The translations under genes and the position numbers were made by a program. A model generated the notes under the pieces. It saw only the letters and a program-made list of their open reading frames with translations. It was not told where the DNA came from and ran no database searches. DNA of 64,000 nt from an uncultured Bacilli bacterium. GTDB taxonomy: Bacteria > Bacillota_I > Bacilli_A > RF39 > UBA660. Location: NCBI GenBank assembly GCA_934119965.1, contig CAKOTA010000005.1, positions 12,939 through 76,938 on the forward strand, in the 5' to 3' direction. Below, in pieces: positions 36,152-47,300 of this stretch. The first letter of the stretch is position 1; each line of letters starts with the position of its first letter.

Positions 36152-36518
36152 TAAAGAAAAAAAATTATTAGAACAGCAAATGATAACTACTATTATATAT
36201 TTACTTACATTATTTGTTTCACTTTCTCTTACATATAATGATATTTTAAATTTAGATGATAAATATATTTATAATGATGAACTTGCCGAAAAAATAGGTA
36301 TCACTAATAGAACTATTGTTTTAGTTCTTACTCTGTCATATTTATATATTAATTATCAAAATAGAGAAATAGCAAAATCAAAGAAAAAAGACTTGAAATT
36401 TTCAAATCTTCAATTAACAGCTAGTTCTTTATCTACTATTGCTGCTATTATCGTTCTATATGTTGTTATAAGTAGTGGTAAATACACTGTTATAAGTGCG
36501 GGAAATCCTAATTTATAA
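36144..36518 (+). CDS. Small membrane protein, hypothetical
   Basis: The 124-aa ORF has 3 TM segments and overlaps the deacetylase stop. Confidence 0.35.
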   Translation: MNNKEKKLLEQQMITTIIYLLTLFVSLSLTYNDILNLDDKYIYNDELAEKIGITNRTIVLVLTLSYLYINYQNREIAKSKKKDLKFSNLQLTASSLSTIAAIIVLYVVISSGKYTVISAGNPNL

Positions 36519-36553
36519 TTTAAAAAAAGACAGAATCTTCTGCCCATTTTTAA

Positions 36554-36760
36554 TTATTTTGATTGGTAGTTAGAACCACTTAATTGTTGTTCAGCCATAC
36601 GAACTAATCTTTTTGTGATTTCTCCACCTACAGAACCGTTAGCTCTACTTGTAGCATCTGGACCCATTGTAACACCTAATTCAGTAGCTATTTCATATTT
36701 CATTTTGTCGATAGCTTGTTTAGCACCAGGTGCAACCATTTTATTGTATTTGTTATTCAT
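36554..36760 (-). CDS. Alpha/beta-type small acid-soluble spore protein (SASP)
   Basis: The product is [40 protein letters not shown]. The true start is the ATG at 36760 with RBS AGGAGGTG. A sigma-G-like promoter (GTATT-17-CATCATA) lies upstream. Confidence 0.85.
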   Translation of the reverse strand: MNNKYNKMVAPGAKQAIDKMKYEIATELGVTMGPDATSRANGSVGGEITKRLVRMAEQQLSGSNYQSK

Positions 36761-36830
36761 TGTACTCACCTCCTGTACATTAATATGATGTACGGATGTG
36801 ACAAATAAATACATTTTTTTAATTGGTAAT

Positions 36831-38009
36831 TTATAGCAATTCGCTATAATTTTTTTTATCCAATTCTGTTATTACTTCTATATTATTAATACATTCATCG
36901 ATTAAAGTTTCATAATCGAAGTTTGTTTCATATAATAAACATTTGTCTAATTCTGGATTAATTACTGGATGTTTTGGTAGAAATATTGTACAACAATCTT
37001 CATATGGTAAAATACTTGTTTCATATGTATTTATTTTATTTGCTATATCAATTATTTCTAATTTATCCATACAAGCAACTGGTCTAATTACTGGTAAATT
37101 AGTTACATTATTTATAACTATCATACTTGATAATGTTTGTGAAGCTACTTGTCCAATAGATTCACCATTAATTATTATTTTTAAGTTATTTTTTATACAT
37201 AATTTATGAGCTATACGATACATCATTCTTCGCATTATGGTAATAATATAATTATCAGGTACATTTTTATATATTGCTTCTTGTAATTTTGTAAAAGGTA
37301 CAACATTTACTTTTATATTACCTGAATATTCATTAATAATGCGCGCTAATTCAATTACTTTATTTTTAGCTTCAACACTAGTATGTGGAGGAGATTCAAA
37401 ATATAAACATTCTAAATCAACGCCTCTTTTTAATGATAAGTATCCAGCAACTGGTGAATCTATTCCACCACTTAACATTAGTAAACCTTTACCTTGAACG
37501 CCAACAGGATAACCACCAATTCCCTTGATTTCATCTAAGTAAATAAATGTTCCTTCCATTCTAATTTCAATATGAATATTAATGTCTGGATTATGAACAT
37601 CAACTTTTAGATTTGTATTTTTTAAAACGAATCCACCTATTACATTATTAAAATCCATACTACTTATTTCAAATCTTTTGTCAGCTCTTTTAGTAATTAC
37701 TTTAAATGTTTTATTAGATTCATTTTTTATTAATTCTAATACTTTGGATTTTATTTCATCAGTATTATTATTTACTTTATGTGCGACTACTATACCATGT
37801 ATTCCAAATACTTTTTTCAATTTATTTACGACTTGATTTAAGTCTTCATTGGAACATTCAATATACATTCTTACTCGATCTTTTGTTATTTTTATATCAA
37901 AATCTTTTAAGATTTTTTTAATATTGTTATCTAATATTTGAATGAATAACTTTCTATTTGCTTTTTTTGTTGTTAATTCTCCATATTTAATCATTATCAA
38001 TTTATTCAT
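36831..38009 (-). CDS. thiI: tRNA 4-thiouridine synthase ThiI
   Basis: A THUMP-like N-terminus and the PP-loop [16 protein letters not shown] are present. Confidence 0.85.
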   Translation of the reverse strand: MNKLIMIKYGELTTKKANRKLFIQILDNNIKKILKDFDIKITKDRVRMYIECSNEDLNQVVNKLKKVFGIHGIVVAHKVNNNTDEIKSKVLELIKNESNKTFKVITKRADKRFEISSMDFNNVIGGFVLKNTNLKVDVHNPDINIHIEIRMEGTFIYLDEIKGIGGYPVGVQGKGLLMLSGGIDSPVAGYLSLKRGVDLECLYFESPPHTSVEAKNKVIELARIINEYSGNIKVNVVPFTKLQEAIYKNVPDNYIITIMRRMMYRIAHKLCIKNNLKIIINGESIGQVASQTLSSMIVINNVTNLPVIRPVACMDKLEIIDIANKINTYETSILPYEDCCTIFLPKHPVINPELDKCLLYETNFDYETLIDECINNIEVITELDKKNYSELL

Positions 38010-38124
38010 AAAATCACCTGTTAAAATTATACATTAATTAGTTTTTTAAATCAATAAAAAAGCATTTGATTAATATTCAAATGTTCTTTTAATATCAATA
38101 CGATATCCACTTTTATATTTTTCT

Positions 38125-39027
38125 CTATCTTCCTAATTTTAAACCAAGTTGAATACCATCTTCAATAGTTTCTTTAGAAATAGGAATTCTATTTTTATGA
38201 TTTATTAAAATATTGGGATCTTTTTCTTCTATTTTCTTATAATATGTTATTCGCCTAAATTCATTTTCTAGTAAATGAATATAAGAACTAAAATCAATTG
38301 AAATCAGTTCCCTAGCAGCTATAAGATGCATTCTTTTTAATGTATTTTCAATCGTATGAGGTTCTTCATCATATTCTTTTTCTAAAATGAAATCTCCACC
38401 TCCGATTTTACAGGCTGCTAATCCTAAATTTTCATCTTGATTGTATAACATAACTAAATTAGCTATCATCGCTTTACAAATTGTATATGTATCTTCAGTA
38501 TTATATAAATCAAATCTATAACTTGGATTAGGTACATAAGCTCCATAACCTAGTTCAGAAGAAGCAATACATCTTGCTTGATAAATATATGGTGTTAAAA
38601 AAGCTTCTCTATATCCATTAGAAAAATAATTCGTTGGACATACTATCAAATCAGGATTTCTTTTTGCAAGCATATTCAAATTTTCGTATTCTTTTTTTAC
38701 AGTGCCAAATTCAACATTTGGTTGTCCTACCAATAAAGTTCTTTTGTAGCCAAGTTCATCAATGACATATACCAATTCTGTATCACCATAATTAATAAAA
38801 TTTATATTAAAAACATCATTGAATTCTTTAGGATGGTTTACTACAACCCAGTTTAAAAATTCTTCTGTTTTTAAAAATTCCTCTCCACGATTTTGATGTT
38901 CACCAATATTATGGTAAATATAGCCATTATCTGGAATACCTAATTTTTCTTGTTCATCTATTTCTAAATTTAGATAATTACGTAGTAGATTTTCAATAAG
39001 TTCTTTTTTATTCGAATAATTTTCCAT
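38125..39027 (-). CDS. Hypothetical protein
   Basis: A 300-aa ORF with no confident motif. Confidence 0.35.
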   Translation of the reverse strand: MENYSNKKELIENLLRNYLNLEIDEQEKLGIPDNGYIYHNIGEHQNRGEEFLKTEEFLNWVVVNHPKEFNDVFNINFINYGDTELVYVIDELGYKRTLLVGQPNVEFGTVKKEYENLNMLAKRNPDLIVCPTNYFSNGYREAFLTPYIYQARCIASSELGYGAYVPNPSYRFDLYNTEDTYTICKAMIANLVMLYNQDENLGLAACKIGGGDFILEKEYDEEPHTIENTLKRMHLIAARELISIDFSSYIHLLENEFRRITYYKKIEEKDPNILINHKNRIPISKETIEDGIQLGLKLGR

Positions 39028-39187
39028 ACTAAATCTCCGTTTCTAGTGTAAATTTGAGAATACTATGTACAAATTTTCTAAATCGTCATAATTCATTTTA
39101 GAAATTGATGACTATTATAACACATTTATTAGTATAATAAAACTCGAACCTTAAATAAATTTTAAAAGTCCGAGTTTTTTATCAATA

Positions 39188-39273
39188 TGGTACCGGCCAA
39201 GGGACTTGAACCCTCACGATATTGCTACCAATGGATTTTGAATCCATCGCGTCTACCATTCCGCCAGACCGGT
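39188..39273 (-). tRNA. tRNA-Leu (anticodon CAA), type II with long variable arm
   Basis: The minus-strand sequence is ACCGGTCTGGCGGAATGGTAGACGCGATGGATTCAAAATCCATTGGTAGCAATATCGTGAGGGTTCAAGTCCCTTGGCCGGTACCA. A 7-bp acceptor stem, the CAA anticodon in a 7-nt loop, a long variable stem-loop, the T-loop GGTTCAAGTCC and an encoded CCA end are all visible. Confidence 0.85.
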
Positions 39274-39301
39274 ATATAAAGATTATAGCACATAACTATA
39301 A

Positions 39302-39856
39302 TTAATTCAATTCTTTATATTTAGATTCAAACAAATCTTTTTCAGTATCTTCTACTTCTGTTTCTTCTATTTTAGGTAAATCTTCAATACTTTTTAATCC
39401 AAAATAATCTAAAAAATTTTCTGTAACATTATATAATATTGGTCGACCTGGTTTATCAGATCTTCCAACATCTTTTATTAAATTTTTAAGTAATAATTTT
39501 CTTACTAAATGACTACTATTAATTCCTCTTATTTCATCAATTTCTATTCTTGTAACTGGTCCATTATAAGCTATGATTGCTAAAGTTTCTAAAGCCGCAT
39601 TACTTAATAATGAATTTGCTTCTTCATCAACTAATTTTTCGTAATATTTTTTATGTTCAGGTTTAGTGGTTAATTTTATTCTTTTACCAAACAACTCAAC
39701 ATTTAATCCTCTTTCACTACTACTATAATTATCTATAAGTTCTCTGATTAATTCTTTTAATTCTTCATCAGTTATTTCAAGAATATTTTTTATAGTTTCT
39801 AATTCTATTCCTTCATCACCGGATATAAATAGTAAACCCTCTAAAACTGCTATCAT
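39302..39856 (-). CDS. scpB: Segregation and condensation protein B
   Basis: The 184-aa protein starts with the ScpB signature MIAVLEGLLFISGDEGIEL. It overlaps the scpA stop by 4 nt. Confidence 0.85.
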   Translation of the reverse strand: MIAVLEGLLFISGDEGIELETIKNILEITDEELKELIRELIDNYSSSERGLNVELFGKRIKLTTKPEHKKYYEKLVDEEANSLLSNAALETLAIIAYNGPVTRIEIDEIRGINSSHLVRKLLLKNLIKDVGRSDKPGRPILYNVTENFLDYFGLKSIEDLPKIEETEVEDTEKDLFESKYKELN

Positions 39857-40587
39857 TCTTCACCTCTTAATGAAAGAATTATTTTACTAAAATTATTATC
39901 TTGTGTTATTTTTAATTCTTGTCTTTTAGCAAGTGTTAAAATTGATAAAAATGTTACAACAATATAATCTTTGTTAACTTCTTCAAATAATTCTTCAAAT
40001 TCTATTTTTTTCTTTTGTTTTAAAATATTTCTAATTTCAGTACTTCTTTCACCTACGGAATATTCTTTTTTTGTAATCTTTGTATTTAAAGGTTGCTCCA
40101 ATTTCTTTCTTTCTAGGAACTTATTAAAGGCATTCATTAAATCTTCAATACCAATATCGCCTAAGTCAATATTTTCTTCTACTATTTTAAAATGACTTAA
40201 ATCGCTTGGATCTTTACTAAACACTTGTTTTCTATCCATTTCTAGTTGTTTGAATTCCGGTAATTTCTCTTTATATTGTTTATATTCAATTAACCTTCTA
40301 ATTAATTTTTCTCTTGGATCTTCTTCATATTCATCTTCTTCTATTTCTTGTTTTGGCAATAATATAGAAGATTTCATTTCAATAAGTTCAGCTGCCATTA
40401 TTAAATATTCGCTAGCAATATCTAAATCTAATTTTTCCATTTCATTTATGTAATCTAAATATTGTTTAGTTATTTCTTCAATGCTTATATCACAAATATT
40501 AATATCTGATTTTTTTATTAAATGAAGTAATAAATCCATTGGACCTTCAAATTCATTAATCATTATTTTATAATCCATAAGTTTCAC
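39853..40587 (-). CDS. scpA: Segregation and condensation protein A
   Basis: The 244-aa protein has a kleisin-like N-terminus MINEFEGPMDLLLHLI. Confidence 0.85.
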   Translation of the reverse strand: MKLMDYKIMINEFEGPMDLLLHLIKKSDINICDISIEEITKQYLDYINEMEKLDLDIASEYLIMAAELIEMKSSILLPKQEIEEDEYEEDPREKLIRRLIEYKQYKEKLPEFKQLEMDRKQVFSKDPSDLSHFKIVEENIDLGDIGIEDLMNAFNKFLERKKLEQPLNTKITKKEYSVGERSTEIRNILKQKKKIEFEELFEEVNKDYIVVTFLSILTLAKRQELKITQDNNFSKIILSLRGEE

Positions 40588-40686
40588 ATCCTTAATAATT
40601 ATAACATAATTTTTATTTTTTTTACATATTCATTTTCTTTTATATCGTTAAATTTCTTATTATTTTAATTATATGTTATAATCTAT

Positions 40687-41001
40687 TTGGTGAATGAAAT
40701 GAAAAAATTTAATATGATAGATGAAGAATTTATTTGTGAAAATTGTGGTAAAAATGTTCCAAAATCTAATTATACAGCTAGAGACCATTGTCCTCATTGC
40801 TTATATTCTAAACACGTAGATATTAATCCTGGTGATAGATTGAATGATTGTCTTGGATTATTGGAACCAATTGGGATTGAAAAATTTAAAAATACATATA
40901 AAATTATATACAAATGTGAAAAGTGTAAAAAATTACATAAAAACATTATGGCTAATGACGATAATATGGATTTAATAATTAATTTATCAATAAAAAAATA
41001 G
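40687..41001 (+). CDS. RNHCP-domain zinc-ribbon protein
   Basis: Motifs FICENCGK and RDHCPHCLYSKHVD are present, with further CxxC pairs. Confidence 0.5.
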   Translation: MVNEMKKFNMIDEEFICENCGKNVPKSNYTARDHCPHCLYSKHVDINPGDRLNDCLGLLEPIGIEKFKNTYKIIYKCEKCKKLHKNIMANDDNMDLIINLSIKK

Positions 41002-41015
41002 GCTTTGCCTATTTT

Positions 41016-41381
41016 TTATAATGCTATAAGTGGTATTAATATAATTATTATTAATAAAAATAATCCTAACATTAATACTTTCATTAATGATTTATTTCCC
41101 TTCAAATCAACTTTAATGTCTTTAGGATCTATTTGTTCTGGCTCTTCCTCTTCTTTATTTAAATTTACTTTAGCACTTGGATTTTCATTAATTTCTGTAT
41201 CTATCTTTTTATCTTCAATTTTTCGATTATTAACTATATCATCATAGGTTTCAACAGGTGCTTCTTCATACATTGGTTCTAATGGAACTGGTTTAACTTC
41301 TTGTTTTGCTTTTTCCATTTCTTCCTTTATATTTGAAAAATCTAATTCTTCTGTATATCCGTTTTCTAAATTATTGTTCAT
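41016..41381 (-). CDS. C-terminally membrane-anchored acidic protein, hypothetical
   Basis: The 121-aa ORF has RBS GGGAGGAAAGT. It lies directly downstream of ezrA and has a C-terminal TM segment. Confidence 0.4.
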   Translation of the reverse strand: MNNNLENGYTEELDFSNIKEEMEKAKQEVKPVPLEPMYEEAPVETYDDIVNNRKIEDKKIDTEINENPSAKVNLNKEEEEPEQIDPKDIKVDLKGNKSLMKVLMLGLFLLIIIILIPLIAL

Positions 41382-41393
41382 ACTTTCCTCCCT

Positions 41394-43121
41394 TTAATTT
41401 CCTTTAGAATATAAATTTAATAATTTATCATATATTCCAGGTTCTACTTTATTTAGTGAATTAATTGTTATTTCTAATGATTTTTGATATTCTCCATTAT
41501 AAAATAGCTTCTCAGAATAAGTTAAATACTTGTCTAATTCTTCTTCACTACTTCTATATCTATTTCCATAGACTATAGCCATTTCAGCAAACATAGCAGT
41601 TCTCATCATTTCTTTTGTTGTTTTAAATAATTTAAGAACTAAATCACGAGCAGTATCCACTCTTGTATTTAAAACATCAATTGTTATTGGTTTCTTATCC
41701 AATTCTTTAATAATTTCTTTAATGGCAGTTTGAGCTTCACTTAATTCAACAAAATAAGTTTTAGGAATAACTGGTAAGTTATATTCTCTAATTTTATTTT
41801 TAGAATCATGAAGAATAATTTTAATTTCCTCCAATTGTTGTCTTGCTCTTATTTCATCATCTTTCATACTACCAATAGAATTTAATACCATATCTACTCT
41901 TTCCTCAGAATTTGCTAACTTAAGTGATAAATTTTCTATTTCTTTAGTTAGTTTAGAATAAGCAAATGTGTTATTTCCAGTATGATCATTTAATACTTTA
42001 TAATCATTATTTAAATTTTCAACATCAATTCTTACTTGTTCTAATATATCTATTTCTTCTGGTTTTAAATTATAAACAGCTTTTATTTCATCTAATTGGT
42101 TAAATAATTCTGTCATCAAACGATTATTTTTCTTAAGTTTTTTCTCAAATACAATACTTGTTTCTTCATATGTTTTTTTGTCAACTTTTTCTTTTTCAAA
42201 ATCTGTAAATACTGAATCAAAATAATCAGATAATACTTTCAATTCAAATAAGCTATCTTCTAAGTTTAACACATTAGCTCTATCTTTGATATCGTCAATT
42301 TTTTTATTTGCTTCATCTATATTATACTCAATATTTAAATAATCTAACGGATATCCTTCTTCTGTCATCTGATCATATTCTTCTTTTATATCAGATATTT
42401 TTTTAGGTAATACTGTATTAACCATTAAATAGATACTTGGTAATTCTTCAAGTACAATTTCCATATGTTTTAACATTTCATCAATTGATTTTACAACATT
42501 TGGAACTTCTGTATATTCATTATTTTCCATTAAAGTTTCAAAGCTCTCAAATCTTGTAGCAATATTCTCAAATTGTAAATCTATTGGTTCACTATATTCG
42601 CCAAACTCTGATTTTGTTTCTTTATACTTATCATATAAATCACGATATTTTCCTTTTAAACTAGTAATTATTGCTCTATTTCTTTCTTCACTTGTTGTTA
42701 TTTCTTTTATTTCATTAAGCAAGAATTCACTATTAGTTCTTACTTTATATATTTCCATTTCAAGTTTAGCAATTTTATAAATTGTATCTTTATAATCTTG
42801 TTGTGATAGTGAGTAATTAGCATCCAATAACATATCAGTTATTTTAGGAATTTGATTAGTTCTAATTACATCTAATCTATCTTTCCATTTATTATACATT
42901 GTTTCTAATTTTTCGTTTTTAACTAATGATTCTACTTTAGTAAGTTCTGGAATTATTGGTGAACTATCAATTTTATTTTTTTCGATTTCAAGATTTGATA
43001 ATTGTTTTTTAATTTTTGCTGTTTTTTTCTTTTGAAGTAATATTAATACTGTTACTATTAATATTAAAGCTAAAATCATCAAGGATATAATTGATATTAT
43101 AATTGTATCCACTAGAACCAC
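41394..43121 (-). CDS. ezrA: Septation ring formation regulator EzrA
   Basis: A single N-terminal TM helix is followed by ~550 aa of coiled-coil repeats. The total length is 575 aa. Confidence 0.8.
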   Translation of the reverse strand: MVLVDTIIISIISLMILALILIVTVLILLQKKKTAKIKKQLSNLEIEKNKIDSSPIIPELTKVESLVKNEKLETMYNKWKDRLDVIRTNQIPKITDMLLDANYSLSQQDYKDTIYKIAKLEMEIYKVRTNSEFLLNEIKEITTSEERNRAIITSLKGKYRDLYDKYKETKSEFGEYSEPIDLQFENIATRFESFETLMENNEYTEVPNVVKSIDEMLKHMEIVLEELPSIYLMVNTVLPKKISDIKEEYDQMTEEGYPLDYLNIEYNIDEANKKIDDIKDRANVLNLEDSLFELKVLSDYFDSVFTDFEKEKVDKKTYEETSIVFEKKLKKNNRLMTELFNQLDEIKAVYNLKPEEIDILEQVRIDVENLNNDYKVLNDHTGNNTFAYSKLTKEIENLSLKLANSEERVDMVLNSIGSMKDDEIRARQQLEEIKIILHDSKNKIREYNLPVIPKTYFVELSEAQTAIKEIIKELDKKPITIDVLNTRVDTARDLVLKLFKTTKEMMRTAMFAEMAIVYGNRYRSSEEELDKYLTYSEKLFYNGEYQKSLEITINSLNKVEPGIYDKLLNLYSKGN

Positions 43122-43264
43122 CTCGTTATTATAATTTTACCACAAATTGTGTTTTTTTTACATATTTTTTATTCTTATTATATAGTTATTGTATCATATT
43201 TTATTTTTTTTGTACATTTTAATTTAAAATTTCATATAATTATGTAGTTAACGCTTGACTTATA

Positions 43265-43444
43265 AGGGGAAAATATATATAATTATAGGTGCTTAAAACG
43301 TTGGCAGCGTTATTTTGAAAATTGTAATGTGTTTATTACCCTGTGGGTTATTGTGTAGCTTTAGCTGCAAAGTGAAGATATTAAAATAAACACCCTACAG
43401 TTTGGCAAGATAACCTTTATGTTTAGGCAGAAAGGAGAGATTTT
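43265..43444 (+). promoter_or_regulatory. rpsD promoter and structured 5' leader (candidate S4 autoregulatory element)
   Basis: The promoter TTGACT-17-TATAAT sits at ~43256-43290. The ~150-nt leader has local stems (AACG..CGTT, ACCC-TGT-GGGT) and a long-range pairing GTGTTTATT/AATAAACAC before RBS AAAGGAGAG. Confidence 0.35.
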
Positions 43445-44044
43445 ATGTCAAGATATACTGGTTCTACTTATAGAAAATCACGTAGACTTGGTTTTTCTGT
43501 TTTAGAAAACGGAAAAGAATTAGCAAGAAGACCATATGCACCTGGTCAACACGGATCTGATCGTAAAAAGGTTTCTGATTATGGTGTTCAATTACAAGAA
43601 AAACAAAAAGTTAGATTTATGTATGGTCTAAATGAAAAACAATTTAGAAAAATATTTGATGAAGCTGGTAAGATGAAAGGTGTTCATGGTGAAAACTTCT
43701 TAAGATTACTAGAAAGTCGTCTAGATAACTTAGTTTATCGTATCGGTTTTTCTACTACAAGAAAAGGTGCTAGACAACTTGTTAACCACGGACATATTAC
43801 TGTAAATGGTAAAAAAGTTGATATTCCTTCTTACAGAGTTAAACCTGGTGATGTAATCAGTGTTAAAGATTCTGATAAAGAATTAGCAATTATTAAATCT
43901 TCATTAGAAGCTACTCATAACAGAGTTGAATATGTTACTTATGATGATAAAAAAATGGTTGCTACTTATGTTAGATATCCTGAAAGAAGCGAATTAAATG
44001 CTGATATCAATGAATCATTAATTGTTGAATTCTACAACAGATAA
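43445..44044 (+). CDS. rpsD: 30S ribosomal protein S4
   Basis: The N-terminus is [19 protein letters not shown]. An S4 domain is present and the length is 199 aa. Confidence 0.9.
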   Translation: MSRYTGSTYRKSRRLGFSVLENGKELARRPYAPGQHGSDRKKVSDYGVQLQEKQKVRFMYGLNEKQFRKIFDEAGKMKGVHGENFLRLLESRLDNLVYRIGFSTTRKGARQLVNHGHITVNGKKVDIPSYRVKPGDVISVKDSDKELAIIKSSLEATHNRVEYVTYDDKKMVATYVRYPERSELNADINESLIVEFYNR

Positions 44045-44077
44045 TGTTAAAAAGATAAGTTTGAAACTTATCTTTTT

Positions 44078-46198
44078 TTAATCTATTTCTATTCTCAATG
44101 TGTTAATGCCCATCTCGAACAATTTATTAGAATCAAGTTCTATTTTTTCATAATTTTTAATATGAATTAAATTATCTCTTTTAATTAATTTAAATTCTTT
44201 ATTATTTATATCTTTTAAATAACCACTATTAGTATTATATTTTTTTAATATATCATATTTTGTAATCATTATCTCTGGATAACTAGATATAATAACTTCT
44301 AAATTAGGATTTTGATTATACCTCTTTTTATAATTATCGATTAATAATTTGATATCATCATATTTCATTTCATATGATAAAGTAACTCTTTTAACTCCTA
44401 AACTATTTAAAAAAGCAACACCATACGAATTAACTATATTTAAAGAAAAATCAGATACTCCTTTATTTAAGTAGACACTACCTATTTCACTATTTAAATA
44501 ATTACCACTAGGAATATCTTTAATCACCCTAGGTAATTTATAAATAATTTCATCATTAATTAACTCTTTATTTTCTGTATAAATATATTTATAATCTTTA
44601 ATATTCAATTTTTCTTTATCATTGATTAAATATGAAAAACCTGGCTTTTCTATATATTCAGTAGTATTAATATAATAATCTTTTTTCAAATAATTAGTTT
44701 TATATATTCTTTTTTTATTTAGTTCTAATACAGCATTTCTTCTTAGATCATTTAAATCAGAAATTCTAACAAATATATTTTCATCTCTTTTAATATCAAA
44801 TTCATCTATTGTGTAAACAGTATCACCTAACTTATTTATTTGTTTCATTATATCTTCATTTTTCATATTAATTTTATTAGATTTTTGAACTAATTCACCA
44901 AATACTTCTATTTTATTTATCCCATCATTAAATATAAGTTTTAATGGTTTATCTATATATAATTCAATAAAACAATTAATTTTCACTTTTCTTAAATTTA
45001 ATTTAATCTTATTATCAATCTCATTCAACTGCTTTATATCCGTTGTCTTCAAAACAACATCATTTACTTTAACATCATAATTATTATCTAACTCTATTAT
45101 TTCATTTTGTAAAGCACTACTTACTAATTTACCTTTTTTGTACATTTTATTGACAATTCCGCCATCTTCAGTTTTACCAATAAATCTAATTCCATCACCT
45201 TGATTTAAATTATCGGTTAATTTTATTTTGATTTTTTTGCCAACTGAGGTAACAGAACCAATCTTAATTCCCATATGATTAGGTCTAAATTCATTAGTAA
45301 AATCATTATTGTTTTCATTAAAAATAAATCCTTTAGTAAATTCACGATTAAATATTTTTTTCATTTCTTTTATATCATTATCGGTTATTCTTGTTTCTTT
45401 GTATTTTAAATAATTATCTATTGCTTTACGATATAAACTAGTAATTAAATAAACATATTCTGGTCTTTTCATTCGGCCTTCTATTTTTAAACTATCTACT
45501 CCTATATCAATAAGCTTACCAATATTTAAAATAGTATTTAAATCTTTAGTACTTAATAAATATTTATCTTTATTCAATTTATGATCACTATATAAATCAT
45601 ATTTCATTCTACAAGGTTGACTACAAGTTCCTCTATTACCACTTCTACCAGTTAAAAAATAACTCATTAAACATTCACCAGAATAACTTATACATAAGGC
45701 CCCATGAATAAATATTTCTAGCTCAATATTGGTATTTTTTTTAATATTACTAATTGTATCAATATCTGTTTCCCTAGCTAAAACTACTCTTTTTATTCCC
45801 ATATCAGTTGCGAATTTAACACCTTCTAAGTTATGAATATGCATTTGTGTAGAAGCGTGTATTTCTAAATTAGGATATGTTTTTCTAACTAAATCCATCA
45901 TCCCTAAATCTTGAATTATAATAGCATCAACATTATTTTTATGAAGAAAATCAATATAATTCATAAATTCACTTATCTCTTTATCGTAAACTAAAGTATT
46001 AACTGTTACATATACTTTTACACCATATAAATGGGCATATTTAATTGCTTCAATTATTTCTTCTTCATTAAAGTTTCCGGCGTAACTTCTAGCTCCAAAC
46101 ATAGTACCACCAATGTATACTGCATCACATCCAGCTTGAATAGCAGCAATTAAACATTCCATATTACCAGCTGGCGCTAACAACTCAGGTTTCTTCAT
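44078..46198 (-). CDS. Peptidase U32 family protein (collagenase-like, long form)
   Basis: The N-terminus MKKPELLAPAGNMECLIAAIQAGCDAVYIGG and the motif EGRMKRPEY are U32 signatures. The length is 706 aa. Confidence 0.8.
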   Translation of the reverse strand: MKKPELLAPAGNMECLIAAIQAGCDAVYIGGTMFGARSYAGNFNEEEIIEAIKYAHLYGVKVYVTVNTLVYDKEISEFMNYIDFLHKNNVDAIIIQDLGMMDLVRKTYPNLEIHASTQMHIHNLEGVKFATDMGIKRVVLARETDIDTISNIKKNTNIELEIFIHGALCISYSGECLMSYFLTGRSGNRGTCSQPCRMKYDLYSDHKLNKDKYLLSTKDLNTILNIGKLIDIGVDSLKIEGRMKRPEYVYLITSLYRKAIDNYLKYKETRITDNDIKEMKKIFNREFTKGFIFNENNNDFTNEFRPNHMGIKIGSVTSVGKKIKIKLTDNLNQGDGIRFIGKTEDGGIVNKMYKKGKLVSSALQNEIIELDNNYDVKVNDVVLKTTDIKQLNEIDNKIKLNLRKVKINCFIELYIDKPLKLIFNDGINKIEVFGELVQKSNKINMKNEDIMKQINKLGDTVYTIDEFDIKRDENIFVRISDLNDLRRNAVLELNKKRIYKTNYLKKDYYINTTEYIEKPGFSYLINDKEKLNIKDYKYIYTENKELINDEIIYKLPRVIKDIPSGNYLNSEIGSVYLNKGVSDFSLNIVNSYGVAFLNSLGVKRVTLSYEMKYDDIKLLIDNYKKRYNQNPNLEVIISSYPEIMITKYDILKKYNTNSGYLKDINNKEFKLIKRDNLIHIKNYEKIELDSNKLFEMGINTLRIEID

Positions 46199-46222
46199 AA
46201 AATCACCAATATTATCTTATCA

Positions 46223-47029
46223 TTATTCTTCTAAATGTTCAACGATATTAGTAATTGTAAATCCCTTATTTTTTATATATTTAATTATTATATCTAAATT
46301 ATCGATTAAATTATTACTTACTTTATAACTAATTAAACTTCCACTATCTAAAATTTTTTTTGTTTCATATAGATAGTTATTATCAATAGTGTTTACTAAT
46401 ATAGTATTCATTTTTTCTTTAGAGCAATTTTTTAAAAATTCTTTATTCTTATCTGATACAAAACAATAATTTTTTTGTTTTAGAACATCTTTTATAACTG
46501 AATTCAAATGTTTATTTTTATCTCTAATTATAAAATTATGATTTTTTTGCGCTAAAGATAGTAATAAATCACCATTTTTTTCAAGCCAAACATTGTTAAT
46601 TGCAAAAGTCACTTTTATTTCATTATTATCAATTATTTTTTTGATTTCTTCTATATCAGTATTACCATCTAATACAAATATTAAACTAACCATATTTTTA
46701 GTTTTATTACCACTTATTATATATTTATCATAATTATTTTTTAATGATCCTTTATTATCAATTTTTTCATATACTAATAGTTTTTCATTATAAACGCCAT
46801 TTTGTTTCATTTTTCTATAGCTTTCATTTATATTAATCTTTTTTTCCAAAATACCAGGTATGATTGTATCTTTATCAATCTTACTATCTAATGCCGGAAT
46901 ATTATTTTGTTCTTTTATTTTAATCATTATTTCATCATATTCTCTAACAACCATTACTGTTTTTTCAGTATAAACAAAACTTATTATCACTAGTCCAATT
47001 ATTCCTATGGCATTAAAGACTTTCTTCAT
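46223..47029 (-). CDS. Hypothetical secreted/membrane-anchored protein
   Basis: The 268-aa protein has an N-terminal signal/anchor. There is a weak resemblance to a degenerate polysaccharide-deacetylase-like fold (VTFAINNVWL), which is not convincing. Confidence 0.35.
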   Translation of the reverse strand: MKKVFNAIGIIGLVIISFVYTEKTVMVVREYDEIMIKIKEQNNIPALDSKIDKDTIIPGILEKKININESYRKMKQNGVYNEKLLVYEKIDNKGSLKNNYDKYIISGNKTKNMVSLIFVLDGNTDIEEIKKIIDNNEIKVTFAINNVWLEKNGDLLLSLAQKNHNFIIRDKNKHLNSVIKDVLKQKNYCFVSDKNKEFLKNCSKEKMNTILVNTIDNNYLYETKKILDSGSLISYKVSNNLIDNLDIIIKYIKNKGFTITNIVEHLEE

Positions 47030-47046
47030 TGTATCACCTAATCAAA

Positions 47047-47093
47047 TATATGAAAAAAAATAGTTAATTAAAACTATTTTAAATCATAATTTA
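47047..47093. repeat. 47-bp direct repeat copy 1 (duplicate of aminopeptidase 3' end + bidirectional terminator)
   Basis: This sequence is identical to 47490-47536. It contains the hairpin AATAGTT-AATTAA-AACTATT flanked by A8 and a T-rich tract. Confidence 0.7.
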
Positions 47094-47139
47094 TATCTTT
47101 AATTTTTATACAATTAAATTTATAAAATAAATTAATTAA

Positions 47140-47151
47140 GAACATATGTTC
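47140..47151 (+). promoter_or_regulatory. Cheo-box (Firmicute LexA operator) GAACATATGTTC within promoter of toxin-like peptide gene
   Basis: The sequence is a perfect GAAC-N4-GTTC palindrome (AGAACATATGTTCT). It lies immediately upstream of the extended -10 TGGTATAAT at 47152-47160. Confidence 0.55.
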
Positions 47152-47214
47152 TGGTATAATTAACTTAGGAATATTTTAACAGTTGAGTGCTCGCCTCCGA
47201 AAGGAGGTGGTGAA

Positions 47215-47289
47215 ATGACTAAGAAAGATTTTTTAATCTTTGCTCTAATCATTATCATCATTCTACTTATACTTCTATTATTCAAGTGA
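47215..47289 (+). CDS. 24-aa hydrophobic type-I-toxin-like peptide
   Basis: The product is MTKKDFLIFALIIIIILLILLLFK. Its SD GGAGG is sequestered in the hairpin CCUCC-GAAA-GGAGG at 47196-47209, and the ATG lies 6 nt after it. The 5' AGTTGAGTGC is complementary to the 3' flank AGCACTCAAT. Confidence 0.5.
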   Translation: MTKKDFLIFALIIIIILLILLLFK

Positions 47290-47300
47290 TAATGAATTAT

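Noticed and set aside
41005-41247. Plus-strand 80-aa ORF overlapping the minus-strand 121-aa gene.
   Set aside because: The minus-strand ORF has a proper RBS (GGGAGGAAAGT), sits right after ezrA and has a sensible TM anchor. The plus ORF has low-complexity sequence without an RBS.
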